NCBI GenBank assembly: GCA_965209055.1
Contig: OZ242374.1
Coordinates: 1,216,001-1,280,000 of the forward strand
DNA from: Acidobacteriota bacterium
GTDB lineage: Bacteria; Acidobacteriota; UBA6911; RPQK01; JAJDTT01
DNA: 64,000 nucleotides
Direction of reading: 5' to 3'
In this document: positions 31,883 through 41,259 of the stretch, piece after piece
Layout of the letters: each line of letters starts with the position of its first letter
Numbering within the stretch: position 1 is the stretch's first letter
Program-made: the position numbers and the translations under genes
The notes under the pieces: model-generated
What the model saw: only the letters and a program-made list of their open reading frames with translations
Database searches by the model: none
What the model was told of the DNA's origin: nothing

Positions 31883-34282
31883 ATGCCTTCCCAAGTCCGG
31901 ACCCCCGAATCCCGTTCCGATGACTCCTCCGCGCTACGGCGGCGGCCGGAAACCGGATCGTTCTCCCCGGAGTTTCCAACCCGCCTGACCTCCCCTCGCC
32001 GATCCTTCCTGACGCGCCTGCTTGCGGGAACCTCGCTCTGGGTCGTTGGAGGGGGCGCCAGAGCCGTCCGCAAGGCCGGGGTTGCAACTTCCGCCTCCGA
32101 TCGCGACGAGGGCATCTTTGCCTACATCGCACGCTTGAAAGGCCGATTCGACCCGGCGCTCTACCGGCAACTGCTGGGGGCCGCCAATGAATTCAAGGAA
32201 GGAGACCAGGCCATCGGCGTGGCCGCAGCGGACGAGCAGGCGCGAGCCCGGGCCCGGGCCCTGCTGGCCAACACTCGCGTCGGCGACCTGATCGCCCGTC
32301 CGGTCTTCGAAGACTCCGTTTCGTCGTACATCGACACCGTGGTTGACCGCGAGATCACCCGAACCGTCGCCGGCTGGACGCTGGCCGGCCTGAAACGTTT
32401 CCTGCTCCGGAAAGAGGAAGCTGCCATCAAGGGCATCATGCCCGGTCTGCCCAGCGACATCATCGGGTGCGTGGTCAAGTTGATGAGCAACGAGGAACTG
32501 ATCGCGGTGGGACGGAAGGTCTTCAATCCGCTGCCCCATTCCAACCTCGGCGCCAAAGGGTACATGGGCGCCCGGATTCAGCCGAACTCGCCCACGGACA
32601 ACGTCGACGACATCCGATGGCAGGTCTTCGACGGGTGGTCGTACGCCGTCGGAGACGTGGTGCTGGGAACCAACCCGGTCTCCAGCGAAGTCGCTTCGGT
32701 CGCCTCCATTCAACGCGCTCTGGCTGAAATCCTGGAGGTGTTCGGCCTGGAAGACGCGTTGCCCCATTGCGTCCTCTCCCACGTCGACGTGCAGGCCGAG
32801 GTGGAACGGCGGGACCCCGGGTCCACCGCGATCTGGTTCCAGAGCCTCGGCGGCGTCACGGACGCCAATACGACCTTCGACCTCTCCGTCGAGAAGATGG
32901 TGTCCCACGCCGAGCGGAGGACGGGGAAGTACGGCTTCTACTTCGAGACGGGACAAGGCGCCGATGCCACCAACGGTCACGGCAAAGGCTTCGACATGGT
33001 GCTGCACGAGGCGCGCAAGTACGGGTTCGCCCGGGCCCTGGTCCACCAGGTCGCCAAGGCGCAGCGCAGCGCCGGCCGGACGCCGGCGCCCTGGCTGCAC
33101 CTGAACGACGTGGCCGGATTCATCGGGCCGGAGATCTTCAGGACCCGTGAGCAGCTCGTTCGCTGCTGCCTGGAGGACACGGTCATGGGCAAGCTTCACG
33201 GTTTGCCCATCGGCCTCGACATCTGCTCGACGCTCCACATGGACATCGATCTGGACGACCTGAACTGGTGCATCGAACGGGTGATGCCCGCCAACCCGGC
33301 CTATCTCATGGCGCTGCCCACCAAGAACGATCCCATGCTGAGCTACCTGACCACCGGTTTCCTGGATCACGTCCGTGTCCGCGAGAAGTTCGGGTTCAAG
33401 GTCAACGACGTGATGTGGCGTTTCTTCCAGTCCCTGAAGGTGATCGACGCGGAGGGAAGGCCCACGGAGCATTTCGGCCAACCCACGTGGGTCTATCTCC
33501 AGTACCTGCGGGCCAAGGGCGACCGGCGACCGGACCGGGAGATCCTGGCCGAGGGCAGGCGCCGGATTGCGGAGGTGCGGAAACGCGGCGTGTTCATCGC
33601 GGAGGGGCACGGGAAGAACCCCTGGGATCCGGAGCCCCGGCTCCGGCAACGAGTCCGCTATCTCTACCGGGATTCCAAGAAGTGCATCCGGGCCGAACTG
33701 CCCAAGGACTTCGAAACCCGGCTCCCCTCGGCGATCATGGTGAAAAGCCGGTCCAGGGACCGCAACGACTACATCCTGCATCCCCCCACGGGAGAGGAAC
33801 TGGACGCCGCCTCGGCCTCGGCCATTCGCCGTCTGGCCCAAGCCCGCGGGGACCGCTACGACGTGCAGCTCGTCATCTCCGACGGCTTGAACGCCTACTC
33901 GCTCACCGACGACGGCCATCTGAATCCCTACCTGGCGGCTCTTCGGGCCCGCCTCGAAGCCGCCGGCCACGATTTGGCGCCGGAGCACATCGTGGTGCGG
34001 AACGGACGGGTCCGCGCCGGCTACCGCATCGGCGAAATGCTCTTCGGGAACCTGGGCGAGACCGGCCGCAGACGCGCGATCCTCCACGTCATCGGCGAGA
34101 GGCCCGGATCGGGACACCACGCCTTCTCCGTCTACATGACCCGTTCGCCGGTCCGCACCTGGGCCCGCGCCGGGGTCACCGACCACAACATCACCAAGGT
34201 GGTTTCCGGAATCGCGGACACGGCATTGGATCCGGTGACGGCGGCCGCCGACACGGTGAGGATCCTGTCACGGACGGCGTAG
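31883..34282 (+). CDS. Ethanolamine ammonia-lyase-like EutB-EutC fusion with twin-arginine signal
   Basis: EutB-type motifs (RIQPNSPTD, GDVVLGTNP, CVLSHV, YFETGQG, EARKYG, VAGFIGPE, LEDTVMGKL) followed by EutC-type motifs (RNDYILHP.TG, VQLVISDG, GRV, IGERPG); N-terminal PRRSFL. Confidence 0.88.
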   Translation: MPSQVRTPESRSDDSSALRRRPETGSFSPEFPTRLTSPRRSFLTRLLAGTSLWVVGGGARAVRKAGVATSASDRDEGIFAYIARLKGRFDPALYRQLLGAANEFKEGDQAIGVAAADEQARARARALLANTRVGDLIARPVFEDSVSSYIDTVVDREITRTVAGWTLAGLKRFLLRKEEAAIKGIMPGLPSDIIGCVVKLMSNEELIAVGRKVFNPLPHSNLGAKGYMGARIQPNSPTDNVDDIRWQVFDGWSYAVGDVVLGTNPVSSEVASVASIQRALAEILEVFGLEDALPHCVLSHVDVQAEVERRDPGSTAIWFQSLGGVTDANTTFDLSVEKMVSHAERRTGKYGFYFETGQGADATNGHGKGFDMVLHEARKYGFARALVHQVAKAQRSAGRTPAPWLHLNDVAGFIGPEIFRTREQLVRCCLEDTVMGKLHGLPIGLDICSTLHMDIDLDDLNWCIERVMPANPAYLMALPTKNDPMLSYLTTGFLDHVRVREKFGFKVNDVMWRFFQSLKVIDAEGRPTEHFGQPTWVYLQYLRAKGDRRPDREILAEGRRRIAEVRKRGVFIAEGHGKNPWDPEPRLRQRVRYLYRDSKKCIRAELPKDFETRLPSAIMVKSRSRDRNDYILHPPTGEELDAASASAIRRLAQARGDRYDVQLVISDGLNAYSLTDDGHLNPYLAALRARLEAAGHDLAPEHIVVRNGRVRAGYRIGEMLFGNLGETGRRRAILHVIGERPGSGHHAFSVYMTRSPVRTWARAGVTDHNITKVVSGIADTALDPVTAAADTVRILSRTA

Positions 34283-34302
34283 CCCTCCCGCGCAGGGGGC
34301 CT

Positions 34303-35217
34303 TCAATTCCGCAGCCGGAGCATCCGGGCCCCGTTGTCGTAGGTGATCCTCCTCAACATCAGGGGGTCGGGAAGATACTCCCGCAGGCGGTCCAGCGACC
34401 GCTGGGCGATGCAGTAGCCTGGCGGGTAGGTCGCACCCCTGCCGTCGTGGCAGTAGCAGTCGCTTCCCCAGAGCAGCTTGCGCGAGTGACGGGCGACGAA
34501 ATCGGCGGCGAAGTCCGGGTCCCGGCTGAGGGAATTGAGTCCCGACCCCGCCGAAAGGTCTCCGAACATGTTGGGATAGTCGGACAGGAGCCTGTCGGTG
34601 AGACCGCCCTCGACGACCCGGCCCCGCCCCTCGCCGTCCCGGCTGATGTTGGCCCACCAGGTTCCGGCGTGCCCCAGGAAATTCACCTGCGGATACCGCT
34701 CCAGGATCTTGTGAAACCGGTCCAGGCCGTGGTTGTGCCGGGAGCCGAAATGCAGCAGCACCGGGACTCCGTACTCCCGGGCCACCTCGTACACCCGGCG
34801 CATGGGAGCGGAGTCGGCGGGCACCTCGAACTTCTGCTCTCCGATGCCCCGGGCCCCCTTCTCCAACTGCTCGCGCAGAACCCGGGTCGAATCTTCGCGC
34901 TCCGGGTCCACGTTGCAGAAAGTGACCACCTCGTCCGGATACCTGCGGACGTGGCTCCAGGCCGCCTCGTTTCCGCTGATCCTCCCGGTCATCCAGCCGT
35001 CCGCCGGAAGCAGGACCGTCGTCTTGACCCGGTGGAACCTCTGGTGGCGAATGAGCGTTTCGGCCGGGCGGCCGTCGAAGTCCGGGTGCTGGTGGATGTC
35101 AAGGATGAGCAGGGGTACGCCCGCCTCTCCACGGATGCCGGAAGCGGCCAGCAGCGGCAGGCCCAGACCAGCTCCGCCCACCCGGCGCAGCAACTCCCGG
35201 CGATCGATCCGCCTCAT
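34303..35217 (-). CDS. Amidohydrolase_2-family metallohydrolase with Tat-like signal
   Basis: DRRELL signal, DIHQH, GIGEQK, LLH, FLGH and LLWGSD motifs. Confidence 0.88.
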   Translation of the reverse strand: MRRIDRRELLRRVGGAGLGLPLLAASGIRGEAGVPLLILDIHQHPDFDGRPAETLIRHQRFHRVKTTVLLPADGWMTGRISGNEAAWSHVRRYPDEVVTFCNVDPEREDSTRVLREQLEKGARGIGEQKFEVPADSAPMRRVYEVAREYGVPVLLHFGSRHNHGLDRFHKILERYPQVNFLGHAGTWWANISRDGEGRGRVVEGGLTDRLLSDYPNMFGDLSAGSGLNSLSRDPDFAADFVARHSRKLLWGSDCYCHDGRGATYPPGYCIAQRSLDRLREYLPDPLMLRRITYDNGARMLRLRN

Positions 35218-36788
35218 GGCGCCGGCTCTTGCCAACCGAGACCGAAGACCCGCTCTTCCCCCGGGTCGTAGAGGCAGGTGACGACGAAGAGATCCTCTTT
35301 CCGGGACCGCTCCGGTGGAATGTTGACCTGGACATAGGTGAAGCCCCGGGCAACCCAACTCAGGTAACCCTCCCGGGGCGAGACGGGCGCGAGGCGGCCG
35401 TTGACCCGGACCTCGGATAGGCGAGCCTTGGGATAGGGGATTCGCAGGCGAAGCGAAAGCCCGTTTTCGATGGGCTCGCTCTCCGTCATCGGCGGCAGCT
35501 CCGACTCGTCGGCGCGGCCCGACATCAAAAGGAGATGCGCCTTGAATTGTCCGTCCGCATCGGGATGGTCCTTCAGCGCCGACTGGATGGGTCCGGCTTC
35601 GATGCTCCCGTGCTCGCCGATTCGCCGGGCGAACCGGGGAAGACTCTTGTCCGCGAGCCAGCGGCGGGCGGCTCTTCCGGTGGTGGAGCAGACGAACAGA
35701 ACCATCCCCTCGGTCTGAGGGTTGTTGAGTGCGGTGACGATCTGTCCCTGCTTGTTCCAGAGCTCCACCCGGGACCGGCGGCGGGCGGCGGCCGTCTCCC
35801 CATAGGCGGTGACGAAGTGAAGCTCGTTCTTGAGGATGACCCGTGTGGGGTAGCCGGGATAGTACTCGCCGGGCCAGATCTCGTGGCCGATCTCCAGCAG
35901 GCGGCGATGACGCAGGAAGCTGCTCCGTTCCCAGGCGTTCTCGTTGGCGAAGGCCAGAGTGTGGTAGTGCTCGTAGCCGTAGGTCGCCGCGTAGTAGAGG
36001 GGCCTTCCGCTCCACAACTTGGACCCCAGCTCCTCGATCTCCGGTCCCCAGTAAATCCGTTCCGCGTCCTGCTCCAACTGGTCGGAAGGGTAGCCCTCGG
36101 CCAGCGCGGCCTGGTCCATCTGCCGGATGATCTCGTGCTTGTACGACTTCAGGGCGATGTTGGAGTAGGCCGCCCCCGAGTTCTCGGCCATGATGTAACC
36201 GCGAAACTGCATTCCGGTCCCGTGGTAGTCGGCGTGGAGTTCGGCCTGGAGCTCGTCCATGAGACTCTTTGCCGCCAAGGCCTCCGGCATCTGCTCCGGG
36301 TACAGGGGCCCCTCCCGGTTCCACTCCTTGTAGGTATCCCGATTGTGGCTGTTGCGCAGGCTGCCGGCCACGTAACCGTCCGGGTTGACCACCGGCATGA
36401 AGGCGATCACCTGCCCCCGGAGGATCTCTCGGGCGCCCGGACTCCCCTTCAGCAGCCAGTCCATGAGATAGAAGATCCCGGTGGCGGCCGAACGTTCCCC
36501 ACCGCAATGGAGCGCCGTAATCAGGACATGCTCCTTTTGATCGGCGGGGGCGCCGGGGTCGGTCAGAACCGCCGCCAGCAGAGGCCGGCCCTGGGCCGAC
36601 TTCCCCAGCTTCCGAAGCGTCATGATCCGGGGGTGGGCCTTCTGCCATTCCAGCAGCCGGTTCTCCAGTTGGGGGAATGTGGGATGGACGGCGGGACCGA
36701 ATTTGGGACCCGGGGCCGCGCCCGCCTTCAACGGCAAGCCGCAGAGCAGGATCGCGAGCATCAGGATGGCGCCGTACGCCCGCTTCAT
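35214..36788 (-). CDS. Exported M14-family zinc carboxypeptidase
   Basis: Signal peptide, LGKSAQGRPL, HCGGE, PVVNPDG and DYH motifs. Confidence 0.8.
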   Translation of the reverse strand: MKRAYGAILMLAILLCGLPLKAGAAPGPKFGPAVHPTFPQLENRLLEWQKAHPRIMTLRKLGKSAQGRPLLAAVLTDPGAPADQKEHVLITALHCGGERSAATGIFYLMDWLLKGSPGAREILRGQVIAFMPVVNPDGYVAGSLRNSHNRDTYKEWNREGPLYPEQMPEALAAKSLMDELQAELHADYHGTGMQFRGYIMAENSGAAYSNIALKSYKHEIIRQMDQAALAEGYPSDQLEQDAERIYWGPEIEELGSKLWSGRPLYYAATYGYEHYHTLAFANENAWERSSFLRHRRLLEIGHEIWPGEYYPGYPTRVILKNELHFVTAYGETAAARRRSRVELWNKQGQIVTALNNPQTEGMVLFVCSTTGRAARRWLADKSLPRFARRIGEHGSIEAGPIQSALKDHPDADGQFKAHLLLMSGRADESELPPMTESEPIENGLSLRLRIPYPKARLSEVRVNGRLAPVSPREGYLSWVARGFTYVQVNIPPERSRKEDLFVVTCLYDPGEERVFGLGWQEPAP

Positions 36789-36829
36789 CCCGGTGCCGGC
36801 GGGAACGGACCGATCGAAAGTGGATCGAG

Positions 36830-37552
36830 TCATGGACCCGGCCCGCCATCCGCGACGGCGTCTTCCCGCCCGGTCCGGGAACCGCTCTCCATGAACTCCA
36901 GAATCGGTCCCATGGGTCGCAGACCCGCCACCGCCAGATCGGGGCCGCAGTCCTTCAGTTCATCGAGCCCGTAGTTGCCGGTGGCAACCGCGATGGTGGT
37001 GGCGCCCGCGGCGCGGCCGTGCCGGACGTCCCGGGGGGTGTCGCCGATGACGAACACTTCCCCTACCGCCAGCGGAGCCGCCAATTCGCTTCCCCGGCGG
37101 ATGGCGGCCCGGATCAACTCGGTTCGATCTCCCGAATCGGAGCCGTATCCGCCGAAAGGGAAGTAGGAGCTGAGCCCCGCCCTCTCCAGCTTCAATCGCG
37201 CTCCGGTTTCGACGTTTCCGGTGGCCAGTCCGATGAGAAAACCGGGATCGGCCGAAAGCCGGATCACCAGTTCCCGCGCTCCGGCCAGGACCTGGAAGCC
37301 GGGGCTCCGGCGAACTTCGTCCGGCAGGATGGACAGGTAGATGTCATAGAGGTCCTGTCCGGGTTCATCGTCCACGCCGTATTTGGAGACGATCTCTTGA
37401 ATGATCAGGGGGTCGGTCTTCCCGTCGAACCGAATCGCCGTCCAATCGGGCTCGATCCCATACCGAATCTGGAAGGCGCGATACAAGGACCTCGTACCGG
37501 CCCCTCCGGAGAGGAGGAGGGTCCCGTCGATGTCGAAGAGGACGAGCCTCAT
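36830..37552 (-). CDS. HAD-family hydrolase
   Basis: LFDIDGTL, ATGN and IGDTPRD motifs. Confidence 0.93.
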   Translation of the reverse strand: MRLVLFDIDGTLLLSGGAGTRSLYRAFQIRYGIEPDWTAIRFDGKTDPLIIQEIVSKYGVDDEPGQDLYDIYLSILPDEVRRSPGFQVLAGARELVIRLSADPGFLIGLATGNVETGARLKLERAGLSSYFPFGGYGSDSGDRTELIRAAIRRGSELAAPLAVGEVFVIGDTPRDVRHGRAAGATTIAVATGNYGLDELKDCGPDLAVAGLRPMGPILEFMESGSRTGREDAVADGGPGP

Positions 37553-37606
37553 GCGTCGGATTATAACAGCCGGTGAAGCAGGCCGGACAAGGGAGGCGGG
37601 GCGCCC

Positions 37607-38569
37607 CTACGTGGGCGGGTTGACCAGGTTGTCTTCGGTGGGCCGCCTCCCCTCGAGCACCGCCATCATGTCCCCTGCCACCGTTTCCAGGACTCCCCGC
37701 TGGGCACCCAAAGTCGCGCTCCCCACATGAGGAGTCAGAACCGCGTTGGGATGCCGAAAAAGGGGATGGGACCGGTCGGGCGGCTCGTCGAGGAAGACGT
37801 CGAGGGCCACGGCCCGCAGACGGCCCGTCTCCAGTGCCTGGTAGAGAAGATCGTGGCTTTCGACCAGAGCCCCTCGTCCCAAGTTGACCAGGATCGAACC
37901 CGGCTTGAAGCTCCCGATGTTCTTCGAATTGATGAGTCCGCGCGTCTCCCGGTTGAGAGGGGGATGCAGGCTCACGATGTCGGATCTGCCCAGAAGCTCG
38001 GGCAACGGCACCGCTTCCACGCCATGGTCCGCCACTTCATCCGGCGCGAGATTGGGGCTATTCACCAGGACCTTGCAATCGAACGGCGCCAGCAGCCTCC
38101 GGACCTGCCTGCCGATGCGGCCGTACCCCACGATTCCGACCGTGGCCCCTTGCAGATCCAGGTTCCGCCTCCCGTAGCGGTCCTTCCATTCCCCTTCCAG
38201 GAGCACGCGGCGCCAGTGGGGAAGGTTCTTGGCGGCGGCCAGCATCAGCGAGAGCGTGTGCTCCGCCACGGCCCGGGCCATGGCCCCGGGCGTATAGACC
38301 ACCGGGACGCCCCGCCTGGACGCCTCCGCCACGTCCACCGTGTCGTAACCGACGCCGGCGCGTCCGATGACCCTCAGGTTCGGAGCGGCTCTCATCATGC
38401 CGGCATCGATGAGGACCGGTCCCCGGGCCAGGATTCCCACCACCTCCGGACTCATCCGGGACAGGACGGCTTCCCGGGTGAACTGATCGGAGAACAGCAG
38501 CGTGTAGGGGGAGAACAACTCGCGAGCCCACGCGGGCAGGGGCCCGGTGGAAGCGATCGATTCAGACAT
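37607..38569 (-). CDS. D-2-hydroxyacid dehydrogenase family protein
   Basis: GVGYD, GYGRIG, VNLGRG, LDVF..EP and TPHVG motifs. Confidence 0.93.
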   Translation of the reverse strand: MSESIASTGPLPAWARELFSPYTLLFSDQFTREAVLSRMSPEVVGILARGPVLIDAGMMRAAPNLRVIGRAGVGYDTVDVAEASRRGVPVVYTPGAMARAVAEHTLSLMLAAAKNLPHWRRVLLEGEWKDRYGRRNLDLQGATVGIVGYGRIGRQVRRLLAPFDCKVLVNSPNLAPDEVADHGVEAVPLPELLGRSDIVSLHPPLNRETRGLINSKNIGSFKPGSILVNLGRGALVESHDLLYQALETGRLRAVALDVFLDEPPDRSHPLFRHPNAVLTPHVGSATLGAQRGVLETVAGDMMAVLEGRRPTEDNLVNPPT

Positions 38570-38605
38570 GGGCGAAACCTGGAACGATTGAGCGATCCGG
38601 CGGGC

Positions 38606-39106
38606 TCAGGCCTCGTCCGTCCGGCCTCCCAGGCGATGATCCAACATGACCAGCGCCGCCGGCTGGTCTCCGATCATGGCCAGTTGCGCCAGGATGTCCA
38701 GAATGGTCTTTTCTTCCTCCACCTGTTCCTGGACGAACCACTGCAGCTCCACCTCGGTGGGGTAGTCCTTCTCTTCCTGAGCCAACCGGTAGAGCTCGTG
38801 AATGGTCCGCGTCACCGACTGCTCCTGCCTCAGCGCTTCCTCGAACATGACCCGGGGAGACTCGAAATCCAATTGGGGCTGAGCGATGCTGCCGAGCCGG
38901 ACCCGGCCCCCGCGGTTCTGGACATAGTCGAAAAGGCGCATGGCATGGCCCCGCTCCTCCTCGCTCTGGGCCCGCATCCAGGCGGCGAACCCGGGCAGGT
39001 TCTGCGAATCGCTGTACCCCGACATGGAGAGGTAAACGTACGAAGAGTAGAACTCGCTCCGGATCTGCTGGTTGAGGGCTTTTTCGATCTTAGTGTTCAG
39101 ACTCAT
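38606..39106 (-). CDS. ftnA: Non-heme ferritin
   Basis: LNQQI..EFYSSYVYLSM, EE..HA and LQWFVQEQVEEE ferroxidase motifs. Confidence 0.92.
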   Translation of the reverse strand: MSLNTKIEKALNQQIRSEFYSSYVYLSMSGYSDSQNLPGFAAWMRAQSEEERGHAMRLFDYVQNRGGRVRLGSIAQPQLDFESPRVMFEEALRQEQSVTRTIHELYRLAQEEKDYPTEVELQWFVQEQVEEEKTILDILAQLAMIGDQPAALVMLDHRLGGRTDEA

Positions 39107-39235
39107 GCTTCCTCCTTGGCGCCACCATGATGACACAGAGGGGAGACCAGATTGCCGGTCCGATGCCGCGACGACCTCTGCCACGGACTGCTAGACTACG
39201 GGAAGCTGGCGGCAAGCATTTTCGCAATCGAGACG

Positions 39236-39682
39236 ATGTCGGAATTGACCACGATCACCTTGGGCCTTCTTCTCTTTCTTCCTTCAGTGGAGGCTCGATC
39301 CGGCACGGTGCAGGTCCAGGGACGGCTGATCTGCGTGGAGGCCGGCACCGAGCCGCCTGAACCTGTCGATTGTCCGTCCGAGGCTCCGGTTCGCGCCCTG
39401 CTGGATGAAACCGGACGCCTTTACCGGTTCCTTCCCGACGATCCCAAGGTCACCATGTTTGACGATCCCCGGGTCCGGAGGCGGGAACTCCAGATCACCG
39501 CCCGCCTGAACCCGCCGGACCGGTTGGAGATCGTCCGGGTCAAGTCCATCGTGGACGGGCGCCTCCACCATCTCTACTACCGGTGCGAGGTCTGCCACAT
39601 CACCGCCTACGCGTACGGACCCTGCTGGTGCTGCCAGGACGAGTTCGAGTTTCGCGAGACCCTGACGCCTCCTCCTCAATGA
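39236..39682 (+). CDS. Exported hypothetical protein with C-terminal CxxC...CxCC motif
   Basis: N-terminal hydrophobic signal; YYRCEVCHI...GPCWCCQ. Confidence 0.75.
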   Translation: MSELTTITLGLLLFLPSVEARSGTVQVQGRLICVEAGTEPPEPVDCPSEAPVRALLDETGRLYRFLPDDPKVTMFDDPRVRRRELQITARLNPPDRLEIVRVKSIVDGRLHHLYYRCEVCHITAYAYGPCWCCQDEFEFRETLTPPPQ

Positions 39683-39736
39683 CGGGACGGGGGAATTGAA
39701 ACCAGCCGAAACACAATACGGAAGGGACGACCCACC

Positions 39737-40792
39737 ATGCTGACCGTCGATTCTCACCTGGACCTGGCCTTCAACGCCTTGGAATGGAACCGGGACCTGA
39801 CTCAACCCATCCACGCCATTCGGGAATCGGAGGCCGGCATGGGGCAGAAGGGCAGGGGCGCGGGCGTCGTGAACTATCAGGAATTGCGCCAGGGGCGGAT
39901 CGGCCTGTTCTTCGCCACGGTCCACTGCCGGATCGCCTCCCTGGGGCGCCGGTTCGCGGGGGTCCGGAACCAGGACATCGCCTACGCCAAGGCCCGGGGG
40001 GAGCTGGCCTACTATCGGATCATGGAGTCCAAGGGAGTGCTCCGCCAGATCCGGAACCTGGAGGAACTCGAATCCCATCTGGAGGAATGGGACCGCAACC
40101 CCTCCTTCGCGCCTCTGGGATACGTGTTGAGCATGGAAGGATCCGACCCCATCGTGAGTCCCGAACAGGTGCCCGAGTGGTGGGACCAGGGCCTCCGCCT
40201 GGTCAGCCTGTGCCACTACGGCGTGAGCACCTATTCCCACGGCACGGGCGTCCCGGGAGGACTGACTCCACGAGCCCCTGAGCTGTTGCGGGCCCTGGAG
40301 GAGGCGGGAATGATCCTGGATGTGAGCCACTTGGCGGAGCAGGCCTTCTGGGAAGCGCTGGACCAGTTCGGCGGCCCGGTCGGGGCCACGCACAACTGCT
40401 GTCAGGCGCTCTGTCCGGGAGACCGCCAGTTGAACGACAAGCAGATCCGGACCCTGATCAGCCGCGGGGGCGTCATCGGAGTGGCCCTCGACGTCTGGAT
40501 GCTCTCACCGAGTTGGAGCGGCGAGGACCAGGACAACAGCGCCATCAGCCTGGAGACGGTGACCGACCATATCGATCACATCTGCCAGTTGGCCGGCGAC
40601 GCCCGCCACGCCGCCATCGGATCGGACCTGGACGGAGGATACGGCAGGGAGCAGTGTCCGCACGATCTGCATACCATCGCCGACCTGGGGAAGATCCCCG
40701 ACCTCCTGGAAAGGCGCGGCTACAGCCTGGAGGACGTGACCTCCATCATGGGCGGCAACTGGGTCCGGCTGCTGCGGGAAACCTGGAGCTGA
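39737..40792 (+). CDS. M19-family (membrane/renal) dipeptidase
   Basis: VDSHLD, SMEG, LDVSHL, THN and AIGSDLDG motifs. Confidence 0.92.
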   Translation: MLTVDSHLDLAFNALEWNRDLTQPIHAIRESEAGMGQKGRGAGVVNYQELRQGRIGLFFATVHCRIASLGRRFAGVRNQDIAYAKARGELAYYRIMESKGVLRQIRNLEELESHLEEWDRNPSFAPLGYVLSMEGSDPIVSPEQVPEWWDQGLRLVSLCHYGVSTYSHGTGVPGGLTPRAPELLRALEEAGMILDVSHLAEQAFWEALDQFGGPVGATHNCCQALCPGDRQLNDKQIRTLISRGGVIGVALDVWMLSPSWSGEDQDNSAISLETVTDHIDHICQLAGDARHAAIGSDLDGGYGREQCPHDLHTIADLGKIPDLLERRGYSLEDVTSIMGGNWVRLLRETWS

Positions 40793-40832
40793 CGGCCGGT
40801 TTCGCCCGTCAGACGGCGTTCGGGGCGGAGCG

Positions 40833-41255
40833 TCAAGTCTCCCAGAAGCCGGGAACCGGGACCGCCTCGTCCTCTCCCGGCCAGGGAGGCATGGTGACGA
40901 TGACGATCTCCAGCGGCCCGGCGCCCGTGTTGCGGAATTGAAAACGGGTGCCCAGGGGGATGTCCACCGCCGTCCCCGGACCCACCGCCTCGACGGTCCC
41001 CGAGGCCGCCTCGGCGGGCTTGCGCCACAGTTCTCCGGTTCCCCGCAGGAAGTACCAGATCTCCTCCACGGTCCGGTGGAGCACCGGGCTCGACACCTGG
41101 CCCGGGGCCAGGGCGCAGTGGACCATGCTCCCACCCTTCAAAGCGGGCAGGAACCGGATCCGGGACCCGTCGGGCGCCAGACAGTCATAGCCCGCCTCGC
41201 CTGCTTCCCGCGCGGGCCGATCCAACAGCCGGCTGGAGATCCGCCTGGTCTGCAT
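40833..41255 (-). CDS. Cupin domain protein
   Basis: HRTVEEIWYFLRG.GELW and IPLGTRFQFRN motifs. Confidence 0.88.
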   Translation of the reverse strand: MQTRRISSRLLDRPAREAGEAGYDCLAPDGSRIRFLPALKGGSMVHCALAPGQVSSPVLHRTVEEIWYFLRGTGELWRKPAEAASGTVEAVGPGTAVDIPLGTRFQFRNTGAGPLEIVIVTMPPWPGEDEAVPVPGFWET

Positions 41256-41259
41256 GGAG

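Noticed and set aside
34303-36849. 848-aa amidohydrolase fusion
   Set aside because: The N-terminal part is an alternative frame over the M14 peptidase; the real gene starts at 35217 with its own signal peptide.
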